Assembly (NCBI RefSeq): GCF_032444005.1
Contig: NC_091284.1
Span: forward strand, 37,386,001-37,450,000
Length of the DNA stretch: 64,000 nucleotides
DNA from: Ranitomeya imitator
Taxonomy: Eukaryota
Reading direction: 5' to 3'
The stretch's first letter is position 1. The number at the start of each line of letters is the position of its first letter. Below are positions 59,801 through 64,000 of the stretch, one piece after another. Under the pieces are notes generated by a model. It searched no databases, was not told the DNA's origin, and saw nothing but the letters and a program-made list of their open reading frames with translations. A program made the translations under genes and the position numbers.

Positions 59801-62800
59801 TTTTTGGGTCACCACAACATTGCAATAAAATGCATTAAGTGGCGATCAAAACATCATATTGACCCCAAAATCGTATCAGTAAAAACTAAAGCTCAGGGCG
59901 CAAAAAAACAGTCAAATCCCAAAAAATGAAAACGCTACAGGTCTTCGAAAATGGCGACAAAATGGCGTTTTTTTTAAAGAAGTTTTGAAATCTTTTTTAA
60001 TGACTTCTCTAAATTTTACCGTATAATGTACTGAAAAAAATTATTCAGAACTTTGTAATAGAAAATCTTTGTTTTTTCACTTTTTTTTTTTTACATTCTA
60101 AGCGTTTTTTTGTTTTTTTTTTATCCAATATCCAATGATGGAGACAAGTAGTAGCTGCCGGTACCCGCCATGGATGGGAACGAACGCCGCCCCTGAGCAT
60201 AGTCATTAGACCTACCCCAAACTGGAAAGAGTTAAAGGATGAGGAAAATTGTATTTTTAGTTTGCATTTTTGGATAAAAATGATTTATGCAATAGTTTCA
60301 TTACAAGATTCTACAGCCTCGATTTATCACAGCTTTCCTGCCAGAAAAGTGGCATAAAAGCTTTAAAAAGTTGCAAATTTGTTTGCACAAATGTTGCTTC
60401 TTTTTGCCATTTTCTCCTCTGAAATGGGTGGAGCTGGCGAGGAGTCGAGGGCGGGGCAGGGTGTGTCTAAAAGATGCGCTAAATTCATGAAGCAGTGTGT
60501 GCCTCTTAATTAATGTGCCGCCTTGATCTCTATCAATGTTGGCGTAGTCCCCGCAGCGTGCGCTACATCAGTCTTGATGAATCGGCCCTTCTGTGTTGCA
60601 CAGAACATAGTTGACTGCAGAATGAGTTTCCTGGGACTCCATCAGTGAGCTAATTTTCACGGCAGAGTTTGTATCTTGATGTCACAGCTCACCTCATCCT
60701 CCTCCTGTACAATGACTGATATCACCTCTATATACAGTAGATAACACAGGATCCACCAATCACAATAGGTGATGTCACAGCTCAACTCCTCCTCTGTATA
60801 ATGACTGATAACACCTCTATATACAGTAAATACAGGATCCACCATTCACAATAAGTGAGGTCACAGCTCCCCTCCTCCTCCTGTACAATGACTGATAACA
60901 CCTCTATATACAGTAGATAACAGGATCCACCATTCACAATAGGTGATGTCACAGCTCACCTCCTCCTCCTGTACAATGACTGATAACACCTCTCTATATA
61001 GTAGATAACACAGGATCCACCATTCACAATAGGTGATGTCACAGCTCACCTCCTCCTCCTCCTGTACAATGACTGATAACACCTCTATATACAGTAGATA
61101 ACACAGGATCCACCATTCACAATAGGTGATGGCACAGCTCACCTCCTCCTCCTCCTGTACAATGACTGATAACACCTCTATATACAGTAGGTAACAGGAT
61201 CTACCATTCACAATAGGTGATGTCACAGCTCACCTCCTCCTCCTCCTGTACAATGAGTGATAACACCTCTATATACAGTAGATAACACAGGATCCACCAT
61301 TCACAATAGGTGATATCACAGCTCACCTCCTCCTCCTGTACAATGACTGATAACACCTCTATATACAGTAGATAACACAGGATCCACCATTCACAATGGG
61401 TGATGTCACAGCTCACCTCCTCCTCCTGTACAATGACTGATAACACCTCTACATACAGTAGATAACACAGGATCCACCATTCACAATAGGTGATGTCACA
61501 GCTCACCTCCTCCTCCTGTACAATGACTGATAACTGATCATTGTTGCTAATGTGCGTGTGTTTCCTCAGGAAGCTTCAGTCTAAACAAAGTCCCTTTAAG
61601 TGCTGCCCGTGGCCGCCATCTTTGTACACCACATTGTTATGTTAGCTGTATACCGCAGTGGTACTATATGGCGGTATATAGTGATCGCTGGATGGCAGGA
61701 TACGGGGAATTATGCGGTGATAATTGGATACGTCTGGCTGTGACTCCTCCCCTGTGTCCCCGGCTCGTCCGTTCTCTGCAGCCTGGCTGTGGGTGAGGTT
61801 CATTAGAGATTATTATTATTACTGGAACGTGTCACGTTTTCTGCAGAGAAAATACAAAACTAATGAAGTGAAAATAAATTCAGTCATTTTTTTCCCCCCG
61901 TGTCATTTTCTCCCCTCCATGTTTTGATTTCAGCACATGCTGGAAAAAAGTTCTGCTGGGAAGTTTTGTTTCCGAGTCCAATGATCGGACCTCCATGGAG
62001 CTGGTGAGGAAAATCTGCCTCCATTTACTAGAACAGACGTCCCGGGCTGTGGACGAGGTGAGTCCGGGAAATGTGGAAATAAAGCTACATGGGAGTGATA
62101 GGGGGTTTTTTTTTCTGCCAAATTAAAGGGATATTACACTTTTGAAAAATGTAATTTTTTTTTGACTTTTTAAGGATTTCTATGAGATTAACCCCTTAAA
62201 GGGATTGTCCCTTGTGAATGCTAGTGATTACCTTTACACAGGATATTGGGTAACTTGCTCATTGGTCGACGTCTGACCACTGGGACCTGCACCGATCGAT
62301 AGATCGGGGAAGTTTTATTCCCAAACGTGCACTTTTATCCCCATTTAAGGCGTCATAGACAGGATGCCCGACCACCCTTACATTGGATCCCTACAGATCT
62401 GCCGGAAAAAGCTCTGCAGCCCCATAGGGAATAAAGAAAAATCACCCACCGATCAATAATAGATAGGAGATAACTCATTTTTTGCCAAATAGTCCCTTTA
62501 AGACCTAAACACATACTATGTACTTATTACTACATGGGTTAAGAGTAGCATAATGTAGAGGCAGAGACCCTGATTCCAGCTATGTGTCACTTACCAGGCT
62601 TGTAACCATAGTTTTGATAAAATCCCGGTTTTCTCTCCTGCATATCTAACAGTTCTCAAAATGCTGAGCTCTGCATAACCCCGCCCACAACTCTGATTGG
62701 ACGCTTTCTGTGCATAGGCAGAAATCTGCCAATCAGTGGTGGAGGCGTGGTTTGACTAGGAGGCACAAGACAACTAGTCCTCTAGTGATAATTTCCTGCT

Positions 62801-63317
62801 GATAAAACACTTATTTTATGTACAAGTAGCCAAGTAAGTCACAGATCGCTGGAATCGGGGTCCAAACGCCCAGCAGAAGATTAAGTAAAATACCTGTGAC
62901 TAAAAAGAGGAAAAAAAACACAATATTTTTTATGTGTAATACAATATATTTTATAACCGGTACCAAAAGAGAAAATAAAAATTTGGGAAAAACTTAATTG
63001 CCAGAACTTTTAAGGGGTTAAAAAAAATGGTTTACTTTATTTTTGTGCGATCAGTCTTACAGGTCTACCTTATTCAAGTGAATGCAGCTGAGCCGCAATA
63101 CCAGACACGGCCTGAGGGCTAGAGCGGCGCTGTTTGCAGTATTCCCGGTTGCAGCAGTAATGTGTCGCTCTCACAACGTTTGTCTTTTCAGATCTCATCT
63201 CAGAAGAGCGAGAAGAGCGCAGATCCTCACCTTGTTTTAGTGGAAGCTTTAAGACGAGAGGAATCTGAGATTCTGACCTCATCGGCCGATGTCCTACAGA
63301 AAGAGGACGCGATATGA
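46773..63317 (+). CDS. SETD4: SET domain-containing protein 4; coding exons 46773-46836, 49480-49575, 50074-50111, 52464-52552, 52995-53424, 53588-53762, 55293-55374, 57486-57566, 61934-62057, 63192-63317; 434 aa
   Basis: Exon phases all join into a 1305-nt open frame. FP(D)[76 protein letters not shown] and [10 protein letters not shown] match vertebrate SETD4; head-to-head with CBR1. Confidence 0.95.
47262..48985. repeat. 29-30-bp minisatellite (GAGTGCCCCCTTATGATGGGATAATGCCC), ~58 copies, in a SETD4 intron
   Basis: Period of 29 at 47581/47610; variant units occur in blocks; degenerate precursor units at 47060-47260. Confidence 0.93.
50795..51116. mobile_element. PIF/Harbinger-type MITE (TIR GGCTACGTTCAGACTAGCG)
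   Basis: Long terminal inverted repeats flanked by TAA and TTA; related to the 19751 MITE. Confidence 0.8.
51555..51926 (+). mobile_element. Tc1 3' fragment (transposase C-terminus + partial TIR) ending at an assembly gap
   Basis: [28 protein letters not shown] resembles the C-terminus of the 14323-15327 transposase. Confidence 0.7.
51927..52064. other. Assembly gap (138 N)
   Basis: Run of N. Confidence 1.
53854..54903. mobile_element. Tc1/mariner-type MITE (TIR TACGAGAGTAGACGTT), TA TSD, split by a solo LTR
   Basis: TA at 53852-53853 and 54904-54905; long palindromic arms on either side of the LTR. Confidence 0.8.
54067..54828. mobile_element. Solo LTR (762 bp), TG...CA, 6-bp TSD
   Basis: TGTTGTGA...TCATAACA terminal inverted repeat; TCTGCC at 54061-54066 and 54829-54834. 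Confidence 0.8.
55155..55287. other. Assembly gap (133 N)
   Basis: Run of N ending 5 nt before a SETD4 exon acceptor. Confidence 1.
55590..57030. repeat. 90-bp tandem repeat, ~16 copies, in a SETD4 intron
   Basis: Period of 90 (TGATGTCACAGCTC at 55651 and 55741). Confidence 0.93.
57786..59316 (+). mobile_element. Degraded full-length Tc1 transposon (second family), ~200-bp TIRs
   Basis: TIRs at ~57786-57985 and ~59120-59316. Transposase from ATG 58116 (MAKNKEL...) has frameshifts and includes [16 protein letters not shown] and SPDLNPIE. Confidence 0.88.
60676..61535. repeat. Second array of the same 90-bp repeat, ~9-10 copies
   Basis: Same unit as 55590-57030, with CTC-number and AC-deletion variants. 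Confidence 0.92.
62200..62497. mobile_element. Kolobok/T2-type MITE (AGGGA...TCCCT), TTAA TSD
   Basis: TTAA at 62196-62199 and 62498-62501. Confidence 0.65.
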
Positions 63318-63388
63318 GGGAGTGACACCGCGGGAACAACCTGAAATTCCCGCCGCAGTCGTGGAGCGCTTGTGCTTACACACGGCCA

Positions 63389-63576
63389 CCACTAGGGGAG
63401 CTAGCAAACAATTGGGTCATGGCGATAATGCGTCTATCCTTAATTAAAGGGCTTCTCCACTACTACACAAGCCCAGAGAGGCGTAAAAAAAAATCCCATA
63501 CTCCCCTTCCAGACCAACGCTTGGCCCTAGGCGCTACATAATGTGTCCCCTCCCATTAGCATCCAGCAGGGGGCGT
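63389..63576 (+). promoter_or_regulatory. Two co-oriented candidate CTCF sites just 3' of the SETD4 stop
   Basis: CCACTAGGGGAGC 63389-63401 and CCAGCAGGGGGCGT 63563-63576. Confidence 0.45.
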
Positions 63577-63952
63577 CATGTGACCACTTCAGCCAATCAG
63601 CGGCCACCATGTGATGCCTCCCGCTAGATATTGGTGCCAGGTGACCAGCCAGATACACAGATTATTTTGCCTTTTTTTTTTTCAAATTTACTGAAGACAT
63701 TTGTGTGTTTGTATATTGTTTATATATTATGTTTTATCACTTTTATATATATATAAAAAAAATGATTTACTTAGAACCTTTGCATTTATAGTATTTTTTT
63801 TACCTTCCTTTTTTTCTACATTTTAACTTTTAGTCTCAAACTTCGGTTTTAGCATAATTATTTATTTTATCGCAAGTTTGATCTGTGTATAAGGCCTTTA
63901 GTCACACCGATACCGTGGGACAGGTGTGACCGCACCGTCATAATATACTTAA

Positions 63953-64000
63953 CCCCTTCATGACCCAGCCTATTTTGACCTTAATGACCTGGCCGTTTTT
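63953..64000. mobile_element. Start of a piggyBac-like TTAA element, runs off the window
   Basis: TTAA|CCCCTTCATGACCC at 63949-63966. Confidence 0.5.

Overview
Vertebrate DNA, most likely from an anuran frog (inferred from the repeat families and gene structure), with two short N-gaps. The conserved head-to-head CBR1/SETD4 locus is expanded. The minus strand carries one broken CBR1-type carbonyl reductase pseudogene (7.5-16.7 kb) and two intact 3-exon CBR1 genes encoding apparently identical 276-aa proteins (23015-25643 and 40249-42872). A complete 10-coding-exon SETD4 gene lies on the plus strand (46773-63317, 434 aa). The two intact CBR1 genes come from a 13-14.5 kb direct tandem duplication (A 19676-32840, B 32838-47296) joined at a 3-bp TAA microhomology. 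This duplication also copied the SETD4 promoter and first coding exon, leaving an orphan SETD4 5' end aimed antisense across CBR1 copy B. Copy-specific insertions post-date the duplication. The largest is a 4.4-kb PIF/Harbinger transposon with perfect 15-bp TIRs, a TAA TSD, an intact 3-exon MADF gene and a transposase broken by only one homopolymer base. The rest is nested TEs: an L1 inside an L1 (14-bp TSD), two Neptune-type Penelope elements with minimal hammerhead ribozymes (including a 96-bp palindrome of two back-to-back hammerheads), a Helitron-like element holding an intact DD34E Tc1, a degraded Tc1, CR1, Rex1/Babar and L2 fragments, a solo LTR, many MITEs, and 21-, 29-, 30-, 40- and 90-bp minisatellites. 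All calls come from reading the sequence by eye; no searches were run.
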